A stretch of DNA of 64,000 bases from a virus: the IMG/VR virus record IMGVR_UViG_3300032285_004008. One strand, given 5' to 3'. The notes beneath the pieces were generated by a model, which ran no database searches, was not told the origin of the DNA, and saw nothing but the letters and a program-made list of their open reading frames with translations. Every line of letters begins with the position of its first letter. Position 1 is the first letter of the stretch. Shown here one piece after another: positions 9,881 to 18,823 of the stretch. The position numbers were made by a program, and so were the translations under genes.

Positions 9881-12823
9881 TTATGCGATATCTTTCTTTC
9901 TAACCTGAAGTATACCTCTATTTAGGACAACAACATAGCCATTTGCAAACTCTATTGCATCATAGCCAAGTAGGAAGGCCATATTACTTTGACTTGCACC
10001 GTTAGGGCTTTCGGTAGGTAGTGCGTGATATAGAGCGCTAATTTTACTTGATACCGTAGAATCAGTAACATCTAGCTCAGGATGCTCTTCATTAAGAACA
10101 ATTGACTTAAGTAGGTCCTTTATTTGAGCCTGCACATCATCGATGTCAGTATCACCGTTACCCTTAGTTGCTCCTATTCTCGATGCTCTACCTACTACAT
10201 AGATTTTTGCATTTGGATCAACTGCCACCTCTAGGGTTTCATTATCCCTGGAATTATTATTGCGTCCATAACTGTCCGATTCTGACTTACTTGTTGAGAA
10301 GTATATGCCATCACCATACATGGTTCCACCCTTATCAGAATAGTAAGGGTCTTTAGTTGTCGAAAAGTCTCTCTGTAGCTCTCTGGCACTCTTGTATTTC
10401 CCATTAACGTCTAGTCCACCAACACCGCGGAAGATTGTCTTCCAGCCAGGAGTGAAGTCATCAACTATCTGAGGGGTATTCTCTCTAACTCCGTTTAATC
10501 TAGCTAATTTGTGGGCAGAAGCGGCACCAAGGATACCATGAGACCTAGATCCATACCCTCTTGACGATGGCGTATATAGGGATGCATCTGATTCCGGAGA
10601 TGTGCCACTATTATTTTCATGGCGTATTTTATCGATAAAACCTAGAAGATTAGATTTAATTCCAGTAACTGCTTGACGCCATAGAGTGCTTACTTTAGCT
10701 TTAGCAATGCCGCGAGATTCAAGCATTGCCACGAACCAGTCCGGAGCTTCACCGGTCAGAACATATTTAGCACCTAGCTCAGCGAAGTTTTCACTATCTC
10801 CAGCCGCACCGCGAATACTTACTGCAGGGATGGTTTGGTTGCTAGCCGCATGAGCTTTTTCTTGAACGCTAGCAGCGTCAGCCGAGTCACCTAGACCGAA
10901 CTTGTTAAGAATATAAGATCTACGGTTCTTAAGAGTTGTTTTTAGCTGCTGAGCAGCAGTAGGGTCAGTGATAATGCTGTCAACCAATGAATCAATATCT
11001 GACTCTTTTAGGCTTTGAACTCTCTTGGCGCTGTCAATCTTTTGCTGCTGGGTCATCTTTCCAAAGATAGACACTGCAGTAGGGTTTTGATGTCCAGATG
11101 TTAGAGTATCTAGCTCTAGTACTGAATCTCCAAAAGCTGTACCCTTAGCCCCGCCCTGAGCACGGAAGAGAAGTGACCCTCCTGGATCGATGCGAATAGG
11201 GTCGCCATTAGCATCGCTAACTATGTTGTCATTTAGAACAGAGTCCCAGTTGGCTAGGAATGCGTCAGCCGCAAAGCCCTCTTGAACCTTTTTTAGGTAA
11301 GAAGGGTCGCTAAGTTTTGAGTTAAAGTCGGTTTTAACTCCAGGAATCATTTCTGAATATGTTGCCGATCTACCCCCAACTGTGCCAGATACAATATTTG
11401 TAGATCCAATTCCCATTGCTTGATAGAGGGCTGAAGCTAGACGCTCGTTTTCTCCATGCAAAACGGTCTTAGGAAACTTAGCATATATCTGCTTACCAGT
11501 GGCTGGATCTTCAAAGGTTCCTCCATCATTAGATCCCATCTGACGCCCAACTTGCTTCCAGTTGGAAAGATCTTCTGAAGCCTTTTGACTGTCTACAATC
11601 TTTTGCACATCGGCGCTTACGGATGTATCTACAGCAGGTGCCTTTGTCCCATTAAGCTCTTTATTGTAGAACTTGCGCATATCGTCAGAGAGTGACTTGG
11701 CTGTTCCGGAACCGTAGATTTCATCAGCAATCTGGTGAAGTACCTCGTGAGCAACAAAATGCTTCATAGCACTAGTGTTGTCTGTAATATCAGTAGACCA
11801 GTAGCCAGGGTTTGCCTTGGCTGCTTCTACCTGACCATGTACGCGGTCTACATAAACTCTTACAGCGTTAGCCCCATCAAAAGTAAATGCAACAGTGTTG
11901 TCATTTATCCCGCTTAGATTTTCTGGGACAGAACTCTTATTATCTAATAGGTGAAGGTTTACGGTTCCTCTGTACAGGCCACCAGTCCTCACGGCTTTGA
12001 GACCCGCAACAGCTGCTGCAAAGTCTTCTGGTGTTGCTTTAGGGTTTAGCTTTCCAGAGTCATCTACAGTCATGTGGACATAGATACTGTTTCCAGTATC
12101 AGCATCAGTTACCTTAATGTTAGAGAACTTTTGATCTGTACTCTTAAGCTTAAGATTCTTTATTACTTCCCTTTGAGCTGTATATTTAGCTTCGGCAGGT
12201 CGGATATTAAAGTTACCAGTAAGAGCCTTATAGTTCTCGTCGAATGCCTCGGTTGCATCTGCTTTAGCACCTTTAATATCCCAGCTTCCGGGAACTCCAG
12301 AGTATAGATTATCAATACGAGGCATAGCACTTCTATATGCAGTGATCGTATCGTTAAAATCTGTGTCCAGAGTCTTTGCTTGAGTGCCTTGACGCGTCTT
12401 ATTGCGGAAGCGAGCGTTAATCATCGCTACCTCTTTAGGGCCGAGGAATCCATCAGACTTATAGTCGTATGGAGTATATGCCTCGGAATCTTTGAAGCTG
12501 CTCATGTGAGCATTAAGTAGATCAACTATTGCATCTTTGTATTCAGCAGTATCGCCAGCTTGACGAGCCTTACGTACCCTTTGAACTAAGCTATCTAGTT
12601 CCTTATCGTTATGCTCGGCAGGAATAGTGCCATAGATGTAATCTTCAAGATTACCTAGCGAGGCCCAGCTAGGGTCGAAGTTAGTTCTAGTTGCAGGTTT
12701 AGATGAACTATCTGAGGATGTCTTAGCCGATCTGGTAGGCCTTAGCCCGGATGTGTCAAACTTTCGAGTAGATGAGACCTTAGGGGCTGACGGCCCTGAG
12801 CTAGGACCCTCAGCCCTATTTAT
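9881..12823 (-). CDS. Polyvalent effector extension (zincin metallopeptidase + atypical kinase + ADP-ribosyltransferase), probably reached by -1 frameshift
   Basis: Peptidase motifs HEVLH...ENFAE; kinase motifs GSNDGG..YAK..ENE..DAFLANWD..DN..RIDPGG; ART motifs IFRG..YGDGIYFS..GYDAI..YVVVLNR. The frame is open 106 codons upstream of the ATG at 12505 with no ATG/GTG/TTG. Confidence 0.7.
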   Translation of the reverse strand: MNRAEGPSSGPSAPKVSSTRKFDTSGLRPTRSAKTSSDSSSKPATRTNFDPSWASLGNLEDYIYGTIPAEHNDKELDSLVQRVRKARQAGDTAEYKDAIVDLLNAHMSSFKDSEAYTPYDYKSDGFLGPKEVAMINARFRNKTRQGTQAKTLDTDFNDTITAYRSAMPRIDNLYSGVPGSWDIKGAKADATEAFDENYKALTGNFNIRPAEAKYTAQREVIKNLKLKSTDQKFSNIKVTDADTGNSIYVHMTVDDSGKLNPKATPEDFAAAVAGLKAVRTGGLYRGTVNLHLLDNKSSVPENLSGINDNTVAFTFDGANAVRVYVDRVHGQVEAAKANPGYWSTDITDNTSAMKHFVAHEVLHQIADEIYGSGTAKSLSDDMRKFYNKELNGTKAPAVDTSVSADVQKIVDSQKASEDLSNWKQVGRQMGSNDGGTFEDPATGKQIYAKFPKTVLHGENERLASALYQAMGIGSTNIVSGTVGGRSATYSEMIPGVKTDFNSKLSDPSYLKKVQEGFAADAFLANWDSVLNDNIVSDANGDPIRIDPGGSLLFRAQGGAKGTAFGDSVLELDTLTSGHQNPTAVSIFGKMTQQQKIDSAKRVQSLKESDIDSLVDSIITDPTAAQQLKTTLKNRRSYILNKFGLGDSADAASVQEKAHAASNQTIPAVSIRGAAGDSENFAELGAKYVLTGEAPDWFVAMLESRGIAKAKVSTLWRQAVTGIKSNLLGFIDKIRHENNSGTSPESDASLYTPSSRGYGSRSHGILGAASAHKLARLNGVRENTPQIVDDFTPGWKTIFRGVGGLDVNGKYKSARELQRDFSTTKDPYYSDKGGTMYGDGIYFSTSKSESDSYGRNNNSRDNETLEVAVDPNAKIYVVGRASRIGATKGNGDTDIDDVQAQIKDLLKSIVLNEEHPELDVTDSTVSSKISALYHALPTESPNGASQSNMAFLLGYDAIEFANGYVVVLNRGILQVRKKDIA

Positions 12824-12829
12824 TTTGGG
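12781..12829 (-). promoter_or_regulatory. -1 programmed ribosomal frameshift signal
   Basis: Slippery heptamer C CCA AAA (12829-12823) directly before the TAA. Hairpin TAGGGCTGA-G-GGTCCT-AGCTC-AGGGCC-G-TCAGCCCCTA follows at 12818-12781. Confidence 0.75.
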
Positions 12830-15813
12830 CCGCGGTTCTCGCTCTTCTCTACAATCTCTACCTGCTCATCGCCATTCTCATCGATGTAGAACACAGCTAA
12901 GCCAGGCTCTCCACCATCCTGAGCAGGAACTTCTTGAGTTTCTACTACAACACCCTTGTAGTCACCGTTCTCGTCATACCAGCTATCGTTTGGCTGAAGC
13001 TTGGTTACGTTACCTTCCTTAGGTGCTTCAGGTGTAGCATCCTTGCCGGTTTCGTCGGTGGTGTTTATTGCACTATCAGGAGCCGCGGCATCAGGAGTAG
13101 GGCTAGTAGAGTCATCGCTAATAACCTGCCCGTTGGAGTTGGTTTGCTGGCCATTACTGTTAATGTACGGAGCACCAGCATTAGGGTTAGCGACATCATC
13201 AGAGTTATCTGTAGAGTCTGGAGCAGAAGGTGGGTTGGCGCTAGATGGGGCGGTTCTACCCTCTTTTGCTGCCTTATCAGACTCACGCTTTTTATTAAAT
13301 GCATCAAGTGCAGGGCCGAGCATTGCCTTACGTAGTGCTAGTTTATTGTCTAGCTTAACATTTGCAGAGTAGTCAGTCAGATCCGAGTCTCCAAACTCTG
13401 AATCAGGCCCAGCTGGGAATGAGTTTCTAGTTTGTAGATTATTTATAACTGTTCCATCAGCAAATTGAATACTGGCTGTATCGTGATATCCGCCATTCTT
13501 TCCACTAGCTGGCTGGAACCCAACAATTCTACCAACCGAGTATTCATCGTGGTTCGGGAAGTAGAAGACTTTGTCTCCTACCTTAGCAACGGTATTTCCA
13601 TCACCCATAATGTATGGGGTTCTATTGATGTCACGTAGGTCAACATTGTTGCTGGCCATATACTTGTCGAGCAAGTTAGCATAAGTCTGGTAACTCTTAG
13701 CCTTCTTGACACCCTTAAAGTGTGAAATAGTCTCTTCGCGTAAGGTATCAACTAGCAACTTACGTGATTCAGGACTATCTGGCATTCTTCCAAGAAGCTG
13801 AGTAATACGGAACTTCATTCCGTTCCAGTCCTTGTCCTCCATAGACTTCCAGAAAGGAGATACCTGACCACGCATAACGTTTCCGAACTGATAGCGTGCC
13901 TCGCCATTTGGACCAACACCAGTCTGAGCCATACTCATGTTGTACTTAGGGTCAGTTCCATCAAGGAATTTCTTGATGTTTTCTTTTGGAGTTACTAGTC
14001 GGTATCCATATAAATCAGAACCCTTACGGTAGTACTTGAGTCGCTGATCTAGATTTTTGTTAGGACCAAAATAGGTAGAAAGCTCGCGAGTAAGTTTCTT
14101 ACCAGGAATATCCTCGCCGAGAAGCTGATCGCGCATACGAAGAATTCCGTTAGTCTTACTAAAAATTCCGGCAAAAGAATCTTTGTAGTCAGCAGCCTGG
14201 AATTCCTTTACTTCACCTGTAGTTTTATCGGTAAACTTATAGTGCTGAATGAACTGGTTTCCATAGGTTCTTGATACACCTAGTTCGAACTTGTATTCTT
14301 TACCATCAACGTCTGTGTAGTCGCGACGCTCTAGGATAATACGGTCATTGTCTCCCTGGACCTTAGCATCAGGGAAATTATCAAGTAGCCCGTTAATGCC
14401 CGCATTAGGGTCCTGAATGATCTTCTTAGGATTATTAGGATCGCGAAGAGGCTGACCATTCTCATCCATGAGAGGATCTAGCTTTAGATTACGTAGGTCT
14501 TCTTCAGACTTTCCATTAGTGTTTAGGGTAATGTCGCTGCCGTCATCCATACGCTTTTTAGCAAGAGCAATTTCTGAAGCAGTCTTCTTGCTAGTCTTTG
14601 GAGTTGCTTTAGCTGCAGCAGGTGCCTTCTTAGGTGCAACAATGGTAGGGGCAGCCTTAGGTGTAGTCTTCTGACCATAGTGAGCTTTAACCTGATCAAG
14701 AACAGTCTTTGCTTCGTCAGAGGATACATCTTCGGCATTATCAAGTTTAGATACAATATCGTCATAGCTCTTCTTCAAAGCTGGATCAATATTTGCATCA
14801 TTGCTGATCTTGTCAGCTAGGTTGTCGAGTTCGTCAACCTGCTTTGAGGTGGCAGGCTTAAATGCAGGAACCGGCTTAGCCTTTGCTGCTTTCTTAGGTG
14901 TTGCCGGTGCTGCTGTCTTCTTAGCCACGGCGGTACCGATCTTATCGTTCGGACCTGCAGAGTAACTAATCGTCTTACGATCAGGGGTTGTAATTATAAA
15001 ATCGTATTTGCCATTCTGAACACGTATGTCCGTAATTCGACCAACAGGTTTATTTTTATTATCTACTACCTCGTCGTCCTTTTTAAGATCTTTAGCTTCT
15101 TTGTCGATGACGTCAAACCCAGCTGGACCATTAGCTGCTGAAATTTGAATTGCCTTAATAGCATCATCAAGGTTGGCACCATCACCATAAGCGGCATCAT
15201 TCCAAAGCTTAGATGCAGCATCATCTACAGATGCTGGTTCAACTTTAGTTTCAGGGGTGGTTGGAATTTGATCCATACCCTTTTCGGCACCCGCAGGAGC
15301 ATTTGCTAGAGGGTGGTTTGCGCGAGCTTCATCAATGATCTTCTGCTGCTTCTTATCTGGAACGATAGATGCCATACGCTCGTCTTCAGCAGTTGCTGGA
15401 CGTACATTTTTATCATTTAGTTGGATAGTTTCAAGCGGAGCGATGTTGTCACCAATGTGACCACCCTGCTTGGTCTCGATTCCCTGACGCTTGAGTTCTT
15501 CACTAGAGATTCCAGCCTTATATTGGCGAACCAAGTGAGAAGGAACAGAGACAACGTTTTTTGTTCCATCTTTTTCACGAACTAGGAAGTTACCATTTCC
15601 AGGATTATTTAGATCTGGACCGATAAAGATACCATGCAGGGTCTTTTTAATGCCATCTTTAATGATGTCAAAGAGTGACCCGCGGCCCATCTCCATCCAC
15701 TTACCGTGATCATCGCGAAGCTGGTGCTCCCAGAAACCTTTGTTAGCTCCAGACCCGGTGCCCGGAATTGATGCAGCAGTAAGGGCTTGGTTTAGTTTGT
15801 CTAGGTAAGACAT
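12820..15813 (-). CDS. Large head-associated/internal virion protein
   Basis: 997 aa between portal and protease (the MuF-like position). N-terminal LTAAS and HQLRDDHGKW motifs; K/A/P-rich linkers. Confidence 0.55.
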   Translation of the reverse strand: MSYLDKLNQALTAASIPGTGSGANKGFWEHQLRDDHGKWMEMGRGSLFDIIKDGIKKTLHGIFIGPDLNNPGNGNFLVREKDGTKNVVSVPSHLVRQYKAGISSEELKRQGIETKQGGHIGDNIAPLETIQLNDKNVRPATAEDERMASIVPDKKQQKIIDEARANHPLANAPAGAEKGMDQIPTTPETKVEPASVDDAASKLWNDAAYGDGANLDDAIKAIQISAANGPAGFDVIDKEAKDLKKDDEVVDNKNKPVGRITDIRVQNGKYDFIITTPDRKTISYSAGPNDKIGTAVAKKTAAPATPKKAAKAKPVPAFKPATSKQVDELDNLADKISNDANIDPALKKSYDDIVSKLDNAEDVSSDEAKTVLDQVKAHYGQKTTPKAAPTIVAPKKAPAAAKATPKTSKKTASEIALAKKRMDDGSDITLNTNGKSEEDLRNLKLDPLMDENGQPLRDPNNPKKIIQDPNAGINGLLDNFPDAKVQGDNDRIILERRDYTDVDGKEYKFELGVSRTYGNQFIQHYKFTDKTTGEVKEFQAADYKDSFAGIFSKTNGILRMRDQLLGEDIPGKKLTRELSTYFGPNKNLDQRLKYYRKGSDLYGYRLVTPKENIKKFLDGTDPKYNMSMAQTGVGPNGEARYQFGNVMRGQVSPFWKSMEDKDWNGMKFRITQLLGRMPDSPESRKLLVDTLREETISHFKGVKKAKSYQTYANLLDKYMASNNVDLRDINRTPYIMGDGNTVAKVGDKVFYFPNHDEYSVGRIVGFQPASGKNGGYHDTASIQFADGTVINNLQTRNSFPAGPDSEFGDSDLTDYSANVKLDNKLALRKAMLGPALDAFNKKRESDKAAKEGRTAPSSANPPSAPDSTDNSDDVANPNAGAPYINSNGQQTNSNGQVISDDSTSPTPDAAAPDSAINTTDETGKDATPEAPKEGNVTKLQPNDSWYDENGDYKGVVVETQEVPAQDGGEPGLAVFYIDENGDEQVEIVEKSENRGPK

Positions 15814-15920
15814 CTGTATCCTTCGATTAATGACAGAAGTGAGGTAAGTTTATCGCAACACAAAATCGCCTACTTAAAGTTTACAGAATAGCCCAGTAGG
15901 TTATTTGGAAAGATAGACGA

Positions 15921-15948
15921 AAAACCCGACTACAAAGCAGTCGGGCTT
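15921..15948 (-). terminator. Intrinsic terminator after dps
   Basis: CCCGACT...AGTCGGG stem followed by a T-run on the minus strand. Confidence 0.7.
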
Positions 15949-15962
15949 GTCGATTAAAGCTA

Positions 15963-16415
15963 TTAGGCAGACAGAGATGAAGTGAGCTGCCAGTTCCAGA
16001 ACTGGTGCTTGTCAATACGTTCTGCAATAAAGTTAGCAATACCCTGCTCGTTAGCATCGGTTGCTACTGCAAATGTCTCGACACATAGGTCTAGAAGGAT
16101 CTGATTTACACGAACAAGAGAAGCAAGCATTGCATCGATGTTTCCATCCTCGATGCGATCCTCGTTAACTAGGGTCATCTCCTGGAAGTCATTCAGAAGG
16201 TATGGGGCATCGAAGCCGAGCTTACGAATGTTCTCGGAAGTAGGGTCAATAGCACTGTCGTAGTCGTTGTAGATCTCTTCGAAGAAGAAGTGGAACTCCT
16301 TGAAGTCCCTACCCTTTACGTTCCAGTGATATCCGTGTGCAATAAATTTTGCAGTTACTAGAGTGCTTACTAGGGCAGCTAGTTTTTCTGCTACTGGGAT
16401 TGAAGTCTGATTCAT
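15963..16415 (-). CDS. dps: Dps/ferritin-like DNA protection protein
   Basis: HGYHWNVKGRDF..FH..FEE.Y......D...E.IR.LG Dps signature. Confidence 0.9.
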   Translation of the reverse strand: MNQTSIPVAEKLAALVSTLVTAKFIAHGYHWNVKGRDFKEFHFFFEEIYNDYDSAIDPTSENIRKLGFDAPYLLNDFQEMTLVNEDRIEDGNIDAMLASLVRVNQILLDLCVETFAVATDANEQGIANFIAERIDKHQFWNWQLTSSLSA

Positions 16416-16422
16416 AGTAATA

Positions 16423-18150
16423 TTATACCTTTGGTTCTGCTAGGGGAGGAGCGGGGGTTGTGGCTGGAGCTTCAGCCGGAGCTGCTGGCTGTCCATTTTG
16501 GATCATCTGATCTACATCCTCAGGGATTGGTGCTCCTGATTCAGCCTGCGATACTTCACGAGTTAGATTGATAACATCTGGAGCAACTGCAGCAAGTAGG
16601 GACTCGGTTAGCTGAGGGGTGATTGCACCCTTCTCCAGAATTAGACGAAGGGCTACTTCTGAAGGAGTAGGGGCATCCTGATCCGAGAACCCATGAGCAC
16701 GACGCCATGTGTCGAAGCTAACAGCCATCTTCTCGAACCCAGAATCAGCATCGGTTGCTCGGTCATTACGGGTAGCAACCTGACTTGGGTCATACCAAAT
16801 ATGGATTCGATCAACGTCGGCTTCGGTATAGCCAATTGACTTTAGGTATGGGCGTAGGTAGACAACAGTTAGAGCATCTGCAATAAGAAGCATCAGAGGC
16901 TCGATGTGCGCCTTGTAGAGACCTTCATCAATCTGAAGCGCGTTCGAGTACTTAACGTTTGCTAGGCCTGTCACAACGTCCTTAGGAACGTCTAGTCCCT
17001 GCATGATGCGATCCAGTACTCGGTCAGCACGAGCAACGAGTGAGTCATCGAATGAACGCTCGAACTTGAACTGCTTGATCTTGTCACCAAGTTCTGCAGG
17101 ACCACGAATAAGAAGCGGAACAACTGCAGATGCAGAATCCTCGTCCTTAATCGGAGTGGTCATTGCATCGATGAGTTGATCTTCGAAGTCATCAGCAGCT
17201 TCTTCTGTGTTGTACTGCTCGTTGTACTCGCCGTTCTCGTCATATGGATAGTCAGGGTCTGGTGCAGCGGCAACAGAAAGACCATCTGGCAAATAAAGAG
17301 CACCAGCGTTGAGGCGAGAGCGTGCGGTTGCACGGAAAGTACGGTTAAGTAGAAGTAGTTCAGCACAAAGGTCAAGCAGACCTCGTAGTGAAGAGTCAGA
17401 CTCTAGAGAGTAGCGAGGGTGCGCCTTCCAGATGCGACCAATGAAAGCATCCTTTGGAAGAAGAAGAACGTTTTTACTTCCAGTAGCTGAAGAGCCTCCG
17501 CCAACATCGCGGATCGGGTTAATTACGTACTGACCCTTGGCATTAATCTGTAGCTCGTCAACCGAACGAATATCCCATGACTCAGGGAGCTGAGAGCCTA
17601 GACGTTCTGGAATCTGGACTAGGTAGCATTCACCAGTCACCTGAAGATTTAGAGCAGCATCCTTAAGAAGACCTGCCTGGCCACCATAGGCTGAATCAAG
17701 TCTGGCCAAAGCACGCTCAGCGGCCGCGGCCAGGTCTTTGTCAACAGTCTTTGACTTGTTTAGTGGTACTGGAGCCTCGGCTGGATCATCTACAACAGCA
17801 GCGTAAATGCGGATGCGAGATACCACAGCTGCAACAAGATTGAATGCATACTTAATTTCTCCAATTGCATCGTAATACTCCCATGCTTCGGTCTGCCAAG
17901 AAGATGCGGCTGATTGGCGGCGGGACTTAAAGCGTTCAGCCTCTCCCTTATCGTCCATACGAATTTGGGCAGCGGCAGCTGTTAGGGGTCTAGGAGTGTT
18001 GTATGCGGCTGGCTCAGCGTAAACTAGGCCAAATGCATCTACAGAGATTCCAGGAGCAATCGGAGTTGCTGAGCGTGGCGCTGTCGCACGAAGGCCAGGT
18101 GCTCGAAAGCGCTGATCTTCATTTTTTGGGGTGCGTTTAAAAATTCCCAA
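16423..18150 (-). CDS. Portal protein
   Basis: 575 aa after the terminase; WQTEAWEYYDAIGE, RIW..HPR, SR...AG and GLDVP motifs of actinophage portals. Confidence 0.8.
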   Translation of the reverse strand: MGIFKRTPKNEDQRFRAPGLRATAPRSATPIAPGISVDAFGLVYAEPAAYNTPRPLTAAAAQIRMDDKGEAERFKSRRQSAASSWQTEAWEYYDAIGEIKYAFNLVAAVVSRIRIYAAVVDDPAEAPVPLNKSKTVDKDLAAAAERALARLDSAYGGQAGLLKDAALNLQVTGECYLVQIPERLGSQLPESWDIRSVDELQINAKGQYVINPIRDVGGGSSATGSKNVLLLPKDAFIGRIWKAHPRYSLESDSSLRGLLDLCAELLLLNRTFRATARSRLNAGALYLPDGLSVAAAPDPDYPYDENGEYNEQYNTEEAADDFEDQLIDAMTTPIKDEDSASAVVPLLIRGPAELGDKIKQFKFERSFDDSLVARADRVLDRIMQGLDVPKDVVTGLANVKYSNALQIDEGLYKAHIEPLMLLIADALTVVYLRPYLKSIGYTEADVDRIHIWYDPSQVATRNDRATDADSGFEKMAVSFDTWRRAHGFSDQDAPTPSEVALRLILEKGAITPQLTESLLAAVAPDVINLTREVSQAESGAPIPEDVDQMIQNGQPAAPAEAPATTPAPPLAEPKV

Positions 18151-18162
18151 TGGGTCTCCCTA

Positions 18163-18462
18163 TTAATCGAGACGTGATGCGATAACCCCAACAATTGCTG
18201 AGATAGACAAAACTAATGATACCACATATGCAATCATTGGGACTACTAAGAATAGTCCAATTAGTGCAAACGATGTCCAGATACTCATGCACCAGTTGCA
18301 GGTGAATAGGTATCCAAATTTAGTTGAAGGTGGGAATTTCTTCCAAACCTTTTCACGTAGAGATTCAAAAATTACATCAGTAGTTAGTAACCTAGTTAGT
18401 CTATAGGATGCCAGAGCCAAGATTATGTAGGTGAAGAATGTTACTTCAGTTACTGGAGGCAT
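18163..18462 (-). CDS. DUF1360-like membrane protein
   Basis: LASYRLTRLLTTD.I...R and L..CNWC.S.W motifs; hydrophobic. Confidence 0.7.
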   Translation of the reverse strand: MPPVTEVTFFTYIILALASYRLTRLLTTDVIFESLREKVWKKFPPSTKFGYLFTCNWCMSIWTSFALIGLFLVVPMIAYVVSLVLSISAIVGVIASRLD

Positions 18463-18463
18463 T

Positions 18464-18823
18464 TTAGTCTTTCAGAGATGTAATTGTCTTGTAGGCATTC
18501 CAGCTGCGAAGGCGAGATCCGCATCCGCAATTAGTGTCCTTCTTGAATGCTAGCATCTTTCCACTCTTTGTGACAATCCTGTGATCAGTCTTTGTACCCT
18601 GACCTGGTAGGTACTCGTCATAACCCTCTCGGAATATGATCTGAGCACCATCAGGACTGTCTTGTGCAACTAGAACCATCTCATCGGTGACAATGACGCG
18701 AGTGGTTGCCAAATAGTGAGCATCTTTGGTCGCTGGAGATGAGTTTAGGGCTGTCACATCATCAGTAAAGCCTGCCGGAACTACCGCCAGGTGTGCTGGA
18801 AAAATATCTGCATGTATTTTCAT
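18464..18823 (-). CDS. Hypothetical protein with CGCGS motif
   Basis: Overlaps the terL stop (ATGA coupling). Confidence 0.6.
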   Translation of the reverse strand: MKIHADIFPAHLAVVPAGFTDDVTALNSSPATKDAHYLATTRVIVTDEMVLVAQDSPDGAQIIFREGYDEYLPGQGTKTDHRIVTKSGKMLAFKKDTNCGCGSRLRSWNAYKTITSLKD

